The notes: generated by a model not told the origin, from the letters alone. A stretch of 64,000 nt of DNA from Xylographa opegraphella (GCA_022813865.1 JALDZX010000057.1:62001-126000), one strand, 5' to 3'; shown: positions 24,833 to 37,306, numbered from the stretch's first letter. Numbers and translations are program-made.

Positions 24833-25602
24833 AATTTTTGTTTTGCTTTTCTCCCCTAATATTTTTGATCGTGGGATCTTCCATTCCCTATTTTCCAGAA
24901 TAGTCGTTTCAAATGTCGTTCCAAATTTGGTTTTACTTGTGGACATTTTCCATCAAGGCTTTCGGGCTTTCAAAATCGACCACTAAGATTAGTTTTAGAT
25001 GAAGAGTTATTGCAAATCCTTCTCTTGATGACGAAGACTAGCATGCAGAGGAACTCGAATGATAATTGTTTAGTCTATAATATTGCGAATATGTCGTTTC
25101 CCGAAGTCTAGAAATAGAGTCGGTAAATTTTTACTGCCACGGATCGTATATCCGATCGACTCATTTGCCGCAAACCCGTCAACGCAGCACGCCCACACCA
25201 AAGATTGTGTGACAGGTCGTCAGTTGGTATGTTATATGTACAAGCTGCGAATAAGAGTCCTGCAGTATTGAGTGCACCAAGAGAAAAAGAGCAGGACTAT
25301 CAAAAATTCATTGCGGATTGTCAGGCCATCACGCGCTGTACAACTCGATGGTCCATTCAGTAAGAGATGTAATCTTGCGAAAGATGGTATACACTCTACG
25401 AGACATTCGTACAAACAAATCATGAGGAACTTATCGGTTAACTTCGAACAAGCCAAACCTCTGACAGTGGTTATTGTGCATGTAAATTGAGTAAGCACTG
25501 AACTGAATGAAGCACATCGAGATCAGCGCTCCAGTCAAGCACAAATGGCTGTAACTTGTCTTGAACTGCTTGATCTTAGCAAGATCAATGTACACCGTCA
25601 GA

Positions 25603-26350
25603 TCAGTGCAATGCTTTGACTAGCCACATAGATCTATTGATATCTCGCCCTGCTTCACCACTGGAACCACCATCCAGAATCTCGGGAAACCGGCCAAATC
25701 CAAGTCGTTTATAAAACCTTTCAGCCCCGACATTATCTCCGGCCATAATCAGGTGCACCCCGCTAGTGCCAGCTTGACGAAGCTGCTCACAGAATCTGTC
25801 CATAAGTTTTCTTCCATAGCCGTTCCCCTGATATGCGGGTAGCAGATCGATGTGTAGATGGCCCGGATACTTCTGAAGCAATGCTGGGTAATCTTGATGA
25901 AGCATGCCTTCTGGTGAGTATAAAATCTGCCGCAACGCTCCTGGTAGATCTTCGTTCCATGAAGCCGGTATCGACATATCTGGCTCTAGAAAACCATAAC
26001 TCTCGAGAACCGGCATATACACTGAACGATATCGGGTCACCAACTCTTCAGTTGCTGGAGTACCTAAGATGTATCCGACTGCTGTTCCAGAACCAGAATC
26101 CAGAACAAAGCAAAAGTAAGGATCCAAACGTACGTAGGGGATGGCCCATATGTACGGCGCGATCGATAAAGCATGCTCATGCCTTAAATCAGGAGCTACA
26201 GTCTGCTGACACTACATCGTCGATTTTGCTTCAGCTGGGGAAATGTGATAGGATATTTAGACTCTTAAGACTTACGATATGGAAGATGTTAGGTTCATCT
26301 GTTACTGGATTATAGGGCCGCACGAAAGGTCCTTGTTTAGAGGAGTCCAT
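25603..26350 (-). CDS. GNAT-family N-acetyltransferase
   Basis: Exon 1 MDSSKQGPFVRPYNPVTDEPNIFHI, a GTAAGT...TAG intron, then AVGYILGT, YPGHLHIDLLPAYQGNGYGRKLM (acetyl-CoA binding Q-x-x-G-x-G motif) and AERFYKRLGF. Confidence 0.85.
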
Positions 26351-27637
26351 CGGTCATCGCAATGACAAATGTTCGTTTGCTTGACCCCTCAATGAACCCG
26401 TAAATCGTCGCGCTATTGGTACACATCGACAATTCAAGGTACCTTATACTAGCTCAGTACTTATCCCCATCAGGGGTCCCAATAATACTGAAATGCGTAC
26501 ACAATTACGAACGCTGGTCTACATTTGCAGGAAAATGACTTCCCTCTTCCTTGATTCCCCGCATGCAAGCCTAAGGTAGGTATCTGATGAACGAGCTCGC
26601 GACTACAAAAATGGGCGAACCTCGGCATCAGTCCCACCCTATTCGTCCATAAACATCAAGCACCAGGCGAACTTTCAAGCTACACTGTTGAGCGGAGTAG
26701 TTATTTGACAAATTTCAGTTCTGAATCTGATGGAGAGTGATTACCTTGTTGAGGTTCAAGTACTCTGTTAGGTCAACATCACAATAGAGTATCTACCTTC
26801 TACCTACCTTAGTATTGGGGGTACGTAGCCGTTATGATTGGATGAAGAAGCCTCGTCCTTGGCGGCCCAGCCAGCCGCTTGGTAAGCTCCGGCCGCTAAG
26901 GCAAGGGATCGAATCCACATTGGCGTGGAAAGCTTCTTTGGCCTAGCCAGGAACCGAGATAGCTCATGCTGCATTCTACGCACGTCGACATGGGACGAAC
27001 GCTCTGACGGCTGCCACAGTTCCACACTGACATCGCCCCATCGTACTGGTAGACATGCAGAATTCCATTATGGAGATGGGGAAGTTCACTGGTCTTGACG
27101 AGGTTGATGAACATCTACCAGTATTGTAATCTCGCATATACCGTGCTTGATTAGCTCTTCGCTCCGCACCTTATCTTGAGCGGCCGGGATTGGGTAGCGT
27201 GACCCCTGACGAGGAAATTAACGTCCATCCCCCATCACTTCACTTGTGTGGAAGCAACGCACCACCTCCGTTGCCGCTTCTTACTACACCAACATACATC
27301 TGACCTCGACCAGCCTGGTCTTCCACTCTTTTGAATCAGCAGTGATATGAACACTCTTTGCAAACTTACAGACACTCCTTAAATATATTGCTCACAGTCA
27401 TTCATTCCTCTCCGCTTCTTGCTCTCAGCGCTTATTCACGAAGACTTCGTGCGATAATTGTTTCCTGCCACCCCGAAACACACCACTTGAGTAGATTTCT
27501 GTCATGAGGCAATAACGGAACACTGCGTGCTATTATCAAGGGACTTCCACTATTGATTCTCGTCTTTCGTTGGGTTTCAATAATCAACAGTCATAGCTCG
27601 ATCATACCTTAAACATTCGTTTCTCCGTCTCAGTGGG

Positions 27638-29912
27638 ATGGAACCACATTTCAATGCTCTGCCCGTCATCCCAGACGCCACAACTTTAGAGCTTCCAGAT
27701 CTTGTCCGACGTCAATCGACACCATCGAGCACCTGTACCAACGATACCTCTCAAGGATGTCGCCTCCCTGTTAGTAACTCAACTTTCACCATACCTATCG
27801 TATTGGGAGTCACGCAAGCTTTTCCCATCTACCACAATTATCATTATCACGCTAACTCTCTGTGTAGTTTGCCAATTGGCTTTGCATTAATTGCCCTAAT
27901 CATTCTTCATCGTCGTCATATTAAGAAGCTCCGCCGTGAGGACGCAAATGATTCAAATAGAGACCTGGACTATGGAGTGGATGGACCTAGGCCTGGCCGG
28001 AGAAACAAGAAGAACATTCAGCAGACGATGAACTTGGAGAAGACTCTTCACAGGGGTCGGGGAATGTCTATGGACATCGGGAATCCCTACTTGCTTCCAC
28101 CGGGCTTACAAAGTTCGCGCGAATCTTTACATTCTCTGTCTCGCACTTTACAACAAGGCCATGATCCTTATCGTCCTGCCACAATCTATTATCCAGGGGA
28201 CGTCTCCGTTGCATCATATCCTGGCTCCAATCATGCCGGCGATGACTCCTCCAGCTACACGGGGTCCAGCACTCGTGGCTACAAGCCTAACGGCTCAAAC
28301 TTAAATCTAGTCCAGAATGCTCAGGGCATGTCCCGATCACAACCGCCACAACACAGTAATTCCAATGTTCCTCATCACGGCCAGTATCAGGAGCCAATAT
28401 TACCACGCAAATGTCTTCCTGTGGATCCTCGCTCTGAACAGCTGCCAGAGCCATCGAAGTCATCCCATGACTCGCACGCTAGGAAGGATGGTGCAGATCT
28501 TCGCCAAAGTAATAACTACCTCGCATCAATCATTCACAGCCGCGACCCTTCAATCGAGAAGGCTCCCCAGCAGGTCTTCGGCTCACCAAATACTCAAGAG
28601 TTACCTTTGTTACCTTCTACTTCAGAGCAAAACGAAGATCCAAATGCTTCACTATCACTATCAAACGAAGCAGAACAAATCCCACCAAGGAAAGAATCAT
28701 TGCAAACAAAGACGCTCGCACCAGTCCAGATTGGTTTTCATGATAACGAGTACCATGAGTACACAGAAAACTTGGTGCCTCCGTCTCCTGAAGCGTTTCT
28801 ACTTTCCGATCAAAATCTGTCGTCGAGTCAAAACAACCCATCACACACTTCATCCGAAGTTATGACTCCTTTCTACTCTCCTGGGGAGACGGAACCGTAT
28901 TCATACAAAGATTACCTCAACAACAACAACAACGAATATCACGATGATAGGCGCATATCTGTTGTACGTCCTCTACCACCCGATGACCCGGCAGATGTGA
29001 ATCCAGAGCAGCGTGCCAATCGCATACGATCATTCTACAAGGAATACTTTAACGATTCAGAACCTGCCAGAGCTTACGCACCACCACTCGAAACATACTA
29101 TGAGGACTATGGTCAAGAGTATCATGGTGATGGTGCGCTTTTCGATCCTGGGTCTGGCGGATATGTCGTTGCTCAAGCCCCCTTTTCAGAACCAATCACA
29201 CGAAGGGCAATGACACCACCACCGAGGGCACCACCTCGCTTCCAAGGTTCGAATCATCATCAGTATCATAACTCGAATCCTAATCCCATAGCTGCTCCTC
29301 GAAGTCGCGCCTTTTCGTCCACGTCCGCTTCGGCTCGTTTCGGATCTTCAATCCCTGGTCGTGGACCTCCGAGGCACGCACTCCCACTACCCGGACCGCT
29401 GAGAAATCTGCCTACACCGCATTTGCTCCAGGAAGATGCCTTTGCCCTCCCAATCGATTTTGCTCCCCCTTCTAGATACAGGGATCGACAGATGGGACGT
29501 CCAGAAAGCCCCAAAATGCAAGCGAGACCGTATTCACCATCGGTCCGGGCACATACTCCGTTGGCTTCTGCCTTTGACGAGCTGCCTGTCATGCCCAGCC
29601 CGTAAGTATTCCGATTCACGAGCCGTTGTTTTGACGCTCTGCTAAATCGTCTTTCTCAGACATCAATTACGAAAATCAGGAGCATTCACTGGTCTAGACT
29701 TTGCGCCGCCTCCTCGATTCAAGAACAGTGATGCTGGATCTGACGCTGGAAGTATCCGCAGTGGTCGCAGTACAACTACTGCCATGTCAGCTGCTCAAGT
29801 GCACAGCGTTCGTGCTGGAGCTTACCGCGTTAGCCGAATACCCAAGGAAATGGTCGGGACCAAAGATGAACTGAGCGATAGCCTGAGACCAAAATGGGAC
29901 CTCAATCGATAA
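27638..29912 (+). CDS. Conserved fungal single-pass membrane protein with a long Pro/Ser-rich cytoplasmic tail
   Basis: N-terminal CTNDTSQGC motif, a TM segment (TIPIVLGVT|LPIGFALIALIIL) followed by HRRHIKK, then conserved-looking blocks NPEQRANRIRSFYKEYF and RRAMTPPPRAPPRF. Introns at 27814..27867 (GC-AG) and about 29602..29659. The last exon HQLRKSGAFTGLDFAPP...PKWDLNR stops at 29912. Confidence 0.75.
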
Positions 29913-31143
29913 TTCCGCAGCATATGATAGCGTCATTGGATCTTGACAGATACTGGTTCCGTCACGATCAATATTCGTTTGCTTGGATGAAAGAGCTTGT
30001 CACGACCTCTGTGCACACGAACCTACATATTTCGTTTGCTACGACTCATAGAATCGGCGCTATCTGTAAATATCGTCTGCTGGCTTGCGCGATATCTGGA
30101 TAGACCGCTCACCCATGGTGACGGCATTTTGTATCACTTTGATCTTCAGTTGTAGGGAACTCTTTCGAATGCGGAACCAAGGCTTGGATAGAAGCATTGG
30201 GTCAGCCTTTTTCACTTCTACATAGGGCTGATTGATAAGGATGGCGAACTAATAGAATGCCGGGGACTTTACATAACAGATCTGTTGGACACTGCACGCG
30301 CACACCTCTGCAGGATTCCAGGCAAACGTAATCATGCCGTTTCTGACATCGTACCCCAAAGATACAGTATGGCCGATATCGTTCATCCGCCGTGCACTGT
30401 TCATAAGCCCAGTTGTGCACATGGTTCAGCCTAATCGATTCATAGGAACTTTACAGTACACAGTAAAATCCCAAGCTTCTCGCTCTCTAACGAAGAGCCC
30501 CTCACTTACATTTTTCACCCATCCCTCTTGGCCAGATCTGGCTTCCACCATCCAGTACCCGAATCGGGCTCCCAGCGCGGCGGTGGCAATCAACAAGATG
30601 AAGGAGCATGCAACACGCGGCTTTCGTTGAGAACCTTTAAGACTCACAGTAAGAAGAATAGCCATAAATAGCTTAGATAGGTAGACAGCTTTTAAGTTAT
30701 AATCTGCTTCTGGAACAAGGTCAAGCCGGGAGCATGATCTGTCATGTCTGGAGAAGATAATAGTTCAGTTCTTGTTCATTAAGTTGCTTTGGCAGCCCTG
30801 GCATGGAACGCGTTGCTTTTGGGGTTGTGTACGGAGGACTTTGTTACGCCAGAAGTGTGTGCAGCATGTCTGTCCACCAAGCTAGCAATATCAAAGCTGA
30901 ACCCTTCGTCTTTAGCGAGGCAGCTAACCTATTCTAATCTAGATTTTCAACTAGCCTGAAAGCTACCCAATGCTAGGGCTGGGACGAAATCCAGATCTTC
31001 AAATTGCAATTTTCATTTTATCATATATATGCCAAACATAGCTCACTTCGTATACGCGGAGACGGTGGTGACGTTATCGTGACCTGTCTTGATAAAAAAA
31101 TCCTCAAATACATCCGTCAGGATAGCCAGCAATTGAGCAAAAA

Positions 31144-32229
31144 ATGAATGGTCAGGCGCAACGAGTCTTTCGTTGTCTCAACGGACGCCGACTTTTTTCC
31201 AGTGCAGCTACACCAGCTGTGTCGCCTTTTGCGCCCCGACACCTACTTTCCATAGCAGACCTTTCCCCCACGGAGCTGACTGCCTTGGTCCGAAATGCAG
31301 CCTCCCACAAGCAAGCGATCAAATCCGGCTCCGTGCCCCAATCACTACTGGGCTCCTTGACGGGGAAAACCGTGGCTATGACATTTAGCAAACGAAGTAC
31401 GCGGACACGAGTATCTACGGAAGCTGCGGTAGTCACTATGGGTGGCCATCCCATGTTTCTGGGAAAGGACGACATTCAATTGGGTGTCAACGAGTCGTTG
31501 TATGATACCTCAGTCATCATCTCGTCTATGGTCTCGGCAATTGTTGCGCGAGTAGGACCCCATGCAGACGTTGCGGACCTGGCAAAGCATTCTAGCGTGC
31601 CGGTCATCAACGCCTTGTCTGATGCTTTTCACCCGCTACAAACTATCGCAGATTTTCTGACTGTTCATGAAGCTTTTCCTTCACATCCCACGCCCGGAAG
31701 ATCGCTAGTACCTGGGCTCGGTCTTGAGGGACTCAAAATCGCCTGGGTTGGGGACGCGAACAATGTTCTATATGACCTTGCGATTGGTGCTGCGAAGTTA
31801 GGTGTCGAGGTATCAGTCGCAACGCCAAAAGGTTATGAGGTTCCGGACGCTATGCACGAGATCATCTCAGATGCCGCAACAAACGCCGGTATGGGCGCCA
31901 AGCTTTCCACGACGAATGTTCCTGAAGAAGCCGTGCGGAATGCCGACATAATCGTGACCGACACCTGGGTCTCCATGGGCCAAGAAGCAGAATCGGCACG
32001 GCGACTGAAGGCATTCGAAGGCTTTCAAATCACGCCGCAACTTGCTGAGCGAGGGGGAGCCAAGGCGGGCTGGAAGTTCATGCATTGTCTACCCCGACAT
32101 AAGGAGGAAGTGAGCGATGAGGTCTTCTACAGCCCTCGGTCTCTTGTTTTCCAGGAAGGGGAGAATCGGCTCTGGGCTGCGATTGCTGCGTTGGAAGCTT
32201 TTGTGGTGAACAAAGGTAAAATCAACTGA
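31144..32229 (+). CDS. argB: Ornithine carbamoyltransferase, mitochondrial precursor (ArgB/Arg3/Arg-12)
   Basis: Arg-rich presequence, carbamoyl-phosphate motif FSKRSTRTR, HPLQ, VTDTWVSMGQE and FMHCLPR. Confidence 0.97.
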   Translation: MNGQAQRVFRCLNGRRLFSSAATPAVSPFAPRHLLSIADLSPTELTALVRNAASHKQAIKSGSVPQSLLGSLTGKTVAMTFSKRSTRTRVSTEAAVVTMGGHPMFLGKDDIQLGVNESLYDTSVIISSMVSAIVARVGPHADVADLAKHSSVPVINALSDAFHPLQTIADFLTVHEAFPSHPTPGRSLVPGLGLEGLKIAWVGDANNVLYDLAIGAAKLGVEVSVATPKGYEVPDAMHEIISDAATNAGMGAKLSTTNVPEEAVRNADIIVTDTWVSMGQEAESARRLKAFEGFQITPQLAERGGAKAGWKFMHCLPRHKEEVSDEVFYSPRSLVFQEGENRLWAAIAALEAFVVNKGKIN

Positions 32230-32515
32230 TTGCGTAGTTCTGCGAGGGCTTGGACATTGGATCGGGCTTTTGGGAGTTTAGAATGACAGCCTGGATTGAC
32301 TGGCTATGAGATACCCATCAAAACCACCCATCAGGACAATGCTGAATTATCAATTATATTTCTGAGAGCAAATTGTGATGTTTTTGGTGACGTTCATTGA
32401 AAGACATGTGACAGACGCTAAGCGACTGCCCGAACCTCTCCAGTCTCACAACGACGCTTCACCGTCACGATCACCTTCCTGCCCTTGACAATCTCCACGA
32501 CAACCACAACCCACA

Positions 32516-33544
32516 ATGGACGTAAGTAACATCCTCCTTATCCCCCCTTGACCACACAGCTCCAACCCACACTAGGCATCCTACAAACGACACTCCCGCC
32601 GCTCGCACCCCAACCTGCACCACCTGTCCGTCACGCCCCTCACGCCCGCCTTCCCCCTCCCCCTCACCACGGACCTCTCCCCCCCACTACGCACCCACCG
32701 CGCCTCCTACCTCCTGCCGCCCTCCCTCCCCCAAACCCCATCGCTACTCTCCCGCTCCCCATCACGTACCCGCCTCGCCCGCAGCAGCAAATCCTCACAC
32801 GCCCTCTCCGACCTCTCGCCCCTTACGCACACACCCGCAGACCCAACGCGCCTGCGTCCGCGCTCGCGCCCCAGGAGCGCCGCGCACTCCCTCGACAGCG
32901 ACCACACCGCCTCCTGGCTGCTGCAGACGGCCGCGCGGCTGACGACCGCGGCCGCGGAGGCGAAGGGCCAGGCCTGGCTGGCGACGCGCGCGTCCTCGAC
33001 TTCACTGGCGGAGTATGAGCCGCTGCCGTACGCGGAGCGGGCCGGTGACGGGGCGTATAGGGCGGATGACGAGTTCTCGCCGCTTAGTACGCGGTGGTCG
33101 CGGTCGGGGTCGAGGCGGGGGAGTCGGAGGCCGAGTGGGGTGGGGGGCATGATGGGGATGGCGGAGGATGAGGGGGATTTTGGAGGGGGGGTGGATTTTG
33201 TGGATGGAGAGGAGGACATGGGGGAGGATGAGGAGGGGGAGATGCGGAGGGTGGTGTGGGGACAAGTTGGGGGATGGGTGGATTGGGCGGTGGGGTGGAT
33301 GGATTGGAGGGTCGATGGGGAGGAGGAGGAGGAGGGGGAGCGGGAAGATCGGGTCGGTGGGGAGGTGGGTGGAGAGGAAGTGGGGATGGTGGTGGATGGG
33401 AGGAGGCGCAGGGCCGGAAGCGATCGGGTGTTCATGCTGAGGCGGGAGGAGCCAGGCACGTTAGAGGTGCCGCCTCCGGAGGGAGATGGCGGTTGGAAGG
33501 ATGCTGCTTGGCTGTTCGGGGTTGCCACGAAGGTGTTGCTCTAA
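32516..33544 (+). CDS. Conserved fungal protein (DUF3984-like); only its 3' part appears in the ORF track
   Basis: ATG GAC at 32516 and a GTAAGT...TAG intron at 32522..32575. The open frame then reads RRSHPNLHHLSVTPLTP...WLLQTAARLTTAAAEAKGQAWLATRASSTSL...GGWVDWAVGW...DAAWLFGVATKVLL* and is continuous with ORF 33140..33544. Confidence 0.75.
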
Positions 33545-33562
33545 GATTGAGTGTTACACGGA

Positions 33563-33748
33563 CGACAGCCATCAGCTCTCCATTGAAGCTTATTCCGGTA
33601 CTGCGTGCTCTTCGAGGGTCTGCCGCATACATATGAAGTTCGATCAGAACATGGGCGACAGCCATCAGCTCTCCATTGAAGCCTATTCCGGTGTTGTGTG
33701 CTCTTCGAGCGTTTATCGTGTACGGATGTGGTTCGATAAGAATATACA
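33563..33748. repeat. Imperfect tandem duplication, 93-bp period, 2 copies
   Basis: CGACAGCCATCAGCTCTCCATTGAAGC(T/C)TATTCCGGT begins at both 33563 and 33656. Similarity continues through GTGCTCTTCGAG and GTTCGAT. Confidence 0.9.
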
Positions 33749-33965
33749 TTAGAACCTGAAAGGCGGTCTCCCCCTCAACCAAGATCCTGGGCCTCCCGCC
33801 CTAAAAATCGCAGTTCGCCAACGCCGTTGTACGGCAGCGGTGCACCGTTTGCCACCGAGATCGCGCCAGAAATACTACCAATAATGCAATATGTAGATAT
33901 CTGCGAGATGAGATATAGACCAGGAAATTTGAAAAAAAAAAAGAATACGCACCCGGTGCTGGGAT

Positions 33966-35172
33966 TCAGTCATCCACCAGATCGATAACTTCAATGTCCT
34001 GGCTCGCACGTGCTTTCTTCGGCACATAGGACGAAGCCAAGATCTGGTCGTATTCCGGGTCGCGCTCTCGCTTTATTCTACGTTTGGTCGAGGGTTCGGG
34101 TTTGATTTCTGGCTTGGTTTGAGCCTGTGATCCTAAAGTTAGTAGGGGTCCGCTGAAGAATTGACCGGGGAAACTGACGGTGCGCCTTGCGAGCAACTCG
34201 ATGGCTTCTTCGCGCGTGAGGGACTCCACCGGTCGATCCTCCAAAGGAACGGGAGACGGGCTCCGGGGTATGATTCCCTCGATCTGCAGCGCCTCTGTAG
34301 TCGTGATGTTAGGCGATCAAAGAGACAAACGGTGGTGCATCAAAGAGACAAGCGGTGGTGCATCAAAGAGACAAATGGTGGTGCTCGAGACTTACTCCGT
34401 GAACGATATCTGAACTCGAAATTCACGAAGGGTGAACGAAGTTTGTCGACGTAATCGCAGTCCACCCAACTGAATGCGCTGGTTTTTTCAGGCGGGTCAA
34501 GGCTATATTGACGATGGATTAACAACAGATAAATTTCATGAAATTTGAGCTGGAGGTATTACCTTATTATGTGTGACAAGGCTCTGCCTTTGAGAGCCTT
34601 TTCGGGAATTGATTCTGATACGGAGGATCCAGTTTGAACATTCAGTGTCGTCGTCACGTTTGTGCTTTTTCGAATATTCGTAACTCTGTAAACGCTGACA
34701 ACAATCTTGCCGATACTGGCAAGACCTGAACCCTCAAAAGAATCAAGGTTCCCACTTTGCCCATCACCTAGCACGAAAGGTCAGCCATCAGGCAATACCG
34801 GCCAAACCAATGATCAGTACCAGATACAATCTCCGCGAAGCGAAACTTTTCTTTTGTCCATTACCCACGAACGCATCTTCGAACAGCGTCGAATTGAGTG
34901 ATTCCGTCTGTACGATTGAACCTACACAGCACGCCTTCCTGGCTCATGGCGTCAAGGTAAACCTGAAACTGCAGACCATCACACCTCTTCAGACGAGAGG
35001 AATCCCACTCGAGTCTGACCTTGAAGTGAGCGCCTGAAATCGCCTCAACGCACTTGACAACGCTATAATCGTCTCCTAAGGTTTCGGACATCTCATCGAC
35101 ATCCTCGTCGTACTCAACAAGGCTTTGCCCGTCAACGACTACCGAAGCTTCGATATGCTTAAGGATTACCAT
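33966..35172 (-). pseudogene. DUF7918-like fungal protein with one premature stop
   Basis: Reads MVILKHIEASVVVDGQSLVEYDE...VEAISGAHFKVRL, then an in-frame TAA at 34863..34861 (RCVRG*WTKEKFRFAEIVS). Downstream spliced exons are intact: IPEKALKGRALSH, FEFRYRSRKALQIEGIIPRSPSP and EVIDLVDD*. Confidence 0.65.
34316..34384. repeat. 23-bp minisatellite x3 inside an intron
   Basis: ATCAAAGAGACAA(A/G)(C/T)GGTGGTGC repeated three times. Confidence 0.95.
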
Positions 35173-37306
35173 CCTTTCATTGGTGCGAGGAATTAGAATC
35201 AATTGAACAGGTAGGGAATGAGAAGAAAGATGACCGATTGCACATATAATGAAGGCTTGTGGTACGAGTTGTAACTCGAACCTTATTGAAATGAATGAAG
35301 CAAGATGCGCATCTCCCAAACTCTTCGTCCCTATCTCGGGAGGGCAAATGGGTTGTCTATGACCGAAACCTGTGTAGATGGTAGAGGGACACTATGAATA
35401 TTCTTGACTTGTTCTCAATAATGAAGCCGAGCACGATAACAGTGAGCCTCGTGTACTGTTTACAGCAGTACAGCAGTACTCCATCGAGCTAGACCGCATC
35501 TCGGGCCCCTCGGCGCTGGAAGGCGCGCTAGTCTCTTAGGGGCTTGACGCGCGAGAGCGTCTCTTGGGAGCCGGAGGGAGGCGAGGGACGTTACATGTCA
35601 TGACCTTCTCAAGTGCACTACTAAACAATTGATATAGTCTCCTCCTAAATCATGAAGCAAAGGGGATCTATTTCTAGGCGTTTGTGTGTGCGGGTCCATC
35701 CGGTCAACAATAGCTCTTGCTCAAGAAGTTGCGGAAACCGCGGTGATCGCGTACTCTGTCAACCGCAGGGTTAAAACAATGTCATTGCTATATCTGCTAC
35801 TAGTCTGCTCTGGTGGTCTCAACGACTCTACCGAAGCTTCTGTCTGCAATCGTAGTGTTCTCAAATTTCTCCTTACAGAGACACCTTTTTGTGCTTGATG
35901 CCGTTTGGCCTGCGGTGCATCATTCCACTCTTCTGCGCGTTGTTTTCTAATTCGATATCCCAACCTATGAGCCTGCTCGAGGTTGGCACCTGTCTGCATT
36001 TGATGCTGTTGGTTGTGCCCATCTTCATCATTCTGATCAGTGCGTACGTCTTTACAGCAATTAAAGACTCCAAAGGACGATCTTGAAGAGGTATTATGGA
36101 AGTAGGGGGTGGGCCAAGAAAAAGATCTTGCAACGCCTCGGAAAGATTGTAAGGTGCGGATGTACCTTGGATCGCGTAGAGGAAATATGTACATTTCGGA
36201 CATTGCTTGAAAGCCTTTTATAGCACCTCGTACAGCTCAATGCCACTGACATAAACACTAGCTTCGAGGTCAGAGAGGGTGCGGTATTTAGATAAACGCC
36301 GGGACGAGAGCAGAGCAGACCAGACCAAGTCTTGAGAAAAGAAAAAGGCGTCGAGAAGTCCGAGAAGCGAAGGCAGCACCTCTTGGTAGAAAGCTATATG
36401 AGTCGTTCCCGTAGAGGCCACCATTCGAATCAGACGATTGAGTATCAGATTATAGCGCGCCCTTTCAACAACAAGCCTAAGATAGCTACGAGGAAGCAGC
36501 AGGTTTTGGACTGAGAAACACCCAAAGTACAACCAAGCAAGAGGATTAGTTTGTGGGCATCGCCGAGTCGCTTGATATTTGGGACAACGAGCTGACATAT
36601 AAGTCGAAAACCTCCATGTCAGTAATTAATGTTGGCAGTCTCAGACGGCAGAGTGAAACGATACACTGTATAGATGTATCGTAATGCCGAAATCCCAACT
36701 GCTGATGCCTTTCATGTGTGAATCTGTGCGATCGGCTGGTGTTGTTATGCTGGACTGTAGTTCAGCAACAGGTGTTGGTGGAGAGGGCCGTGTGCGCACG
36801 TTCTTTAATCGTCATCAGCAGCATTCACTTGGCGAATAATCAACCAAGCACAGACGGGAAAACCTTCAGTCAAGCGGCTCAAAAGGAGCAACGCGGTGAC
36901 AGTGGCTGCATTAGGGCTGTAGATCCGGAGGTTGTGTTCCGTGCAAAAGCAGACGTTCAATCAATAGCAATGTCAAGTATCAATTATCATTTCAACAATA
37001 CTATGGCCATGCTTCAAAACCATCAGACCCCTCCGTCCCCCCAAAAACGCAATAATCTCAAGCTGTGTCATCATCTGCTTCTGCGCACCATCTGTACACA
37101 CTATCAACTTGAGAAACTATTAGACTTCTGCAAGCCATCATGCTATGCAACTAGGACAAGCATTCATAAAACAAGATGCAACCTATGCCCCAAAATTCTT
37201 CTATGCAGTCATTATCATGCGCCGAAAAAGAAGTTCGCTGGAGATGTAGTGTGGTTATTACGTCCCATCACAAGATCGTCATGCCACCCACGTCCGAATC
37301 ACTTAA

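Noticed and set aside
26804..27114. Overlapping short minus-strand ORFs
   Set aside because: No homology cues; they lie in the long upstream region of the single-TM gene.
30202..30760. Hydrophobic 79-aa ORF with a protein-like continuation past a TGA
   Set aside because: Could be a decayed membrane-protein gene, but no family is recognisable and support is too weak.
32548..33528. ORFs 32548..33018 (+) and 32707..33528 (-)
   Set aside because: Alternative-frame and antisense shadows produced by the extreme C/G skew of the real DUF3984-like gene.
33563..34384. CRISPR-like interpretation of the direct repeats
   Set aside because: Eukaryotic context, only 2-3 copies, intervening sequences homologous or absent, and no cas genes.
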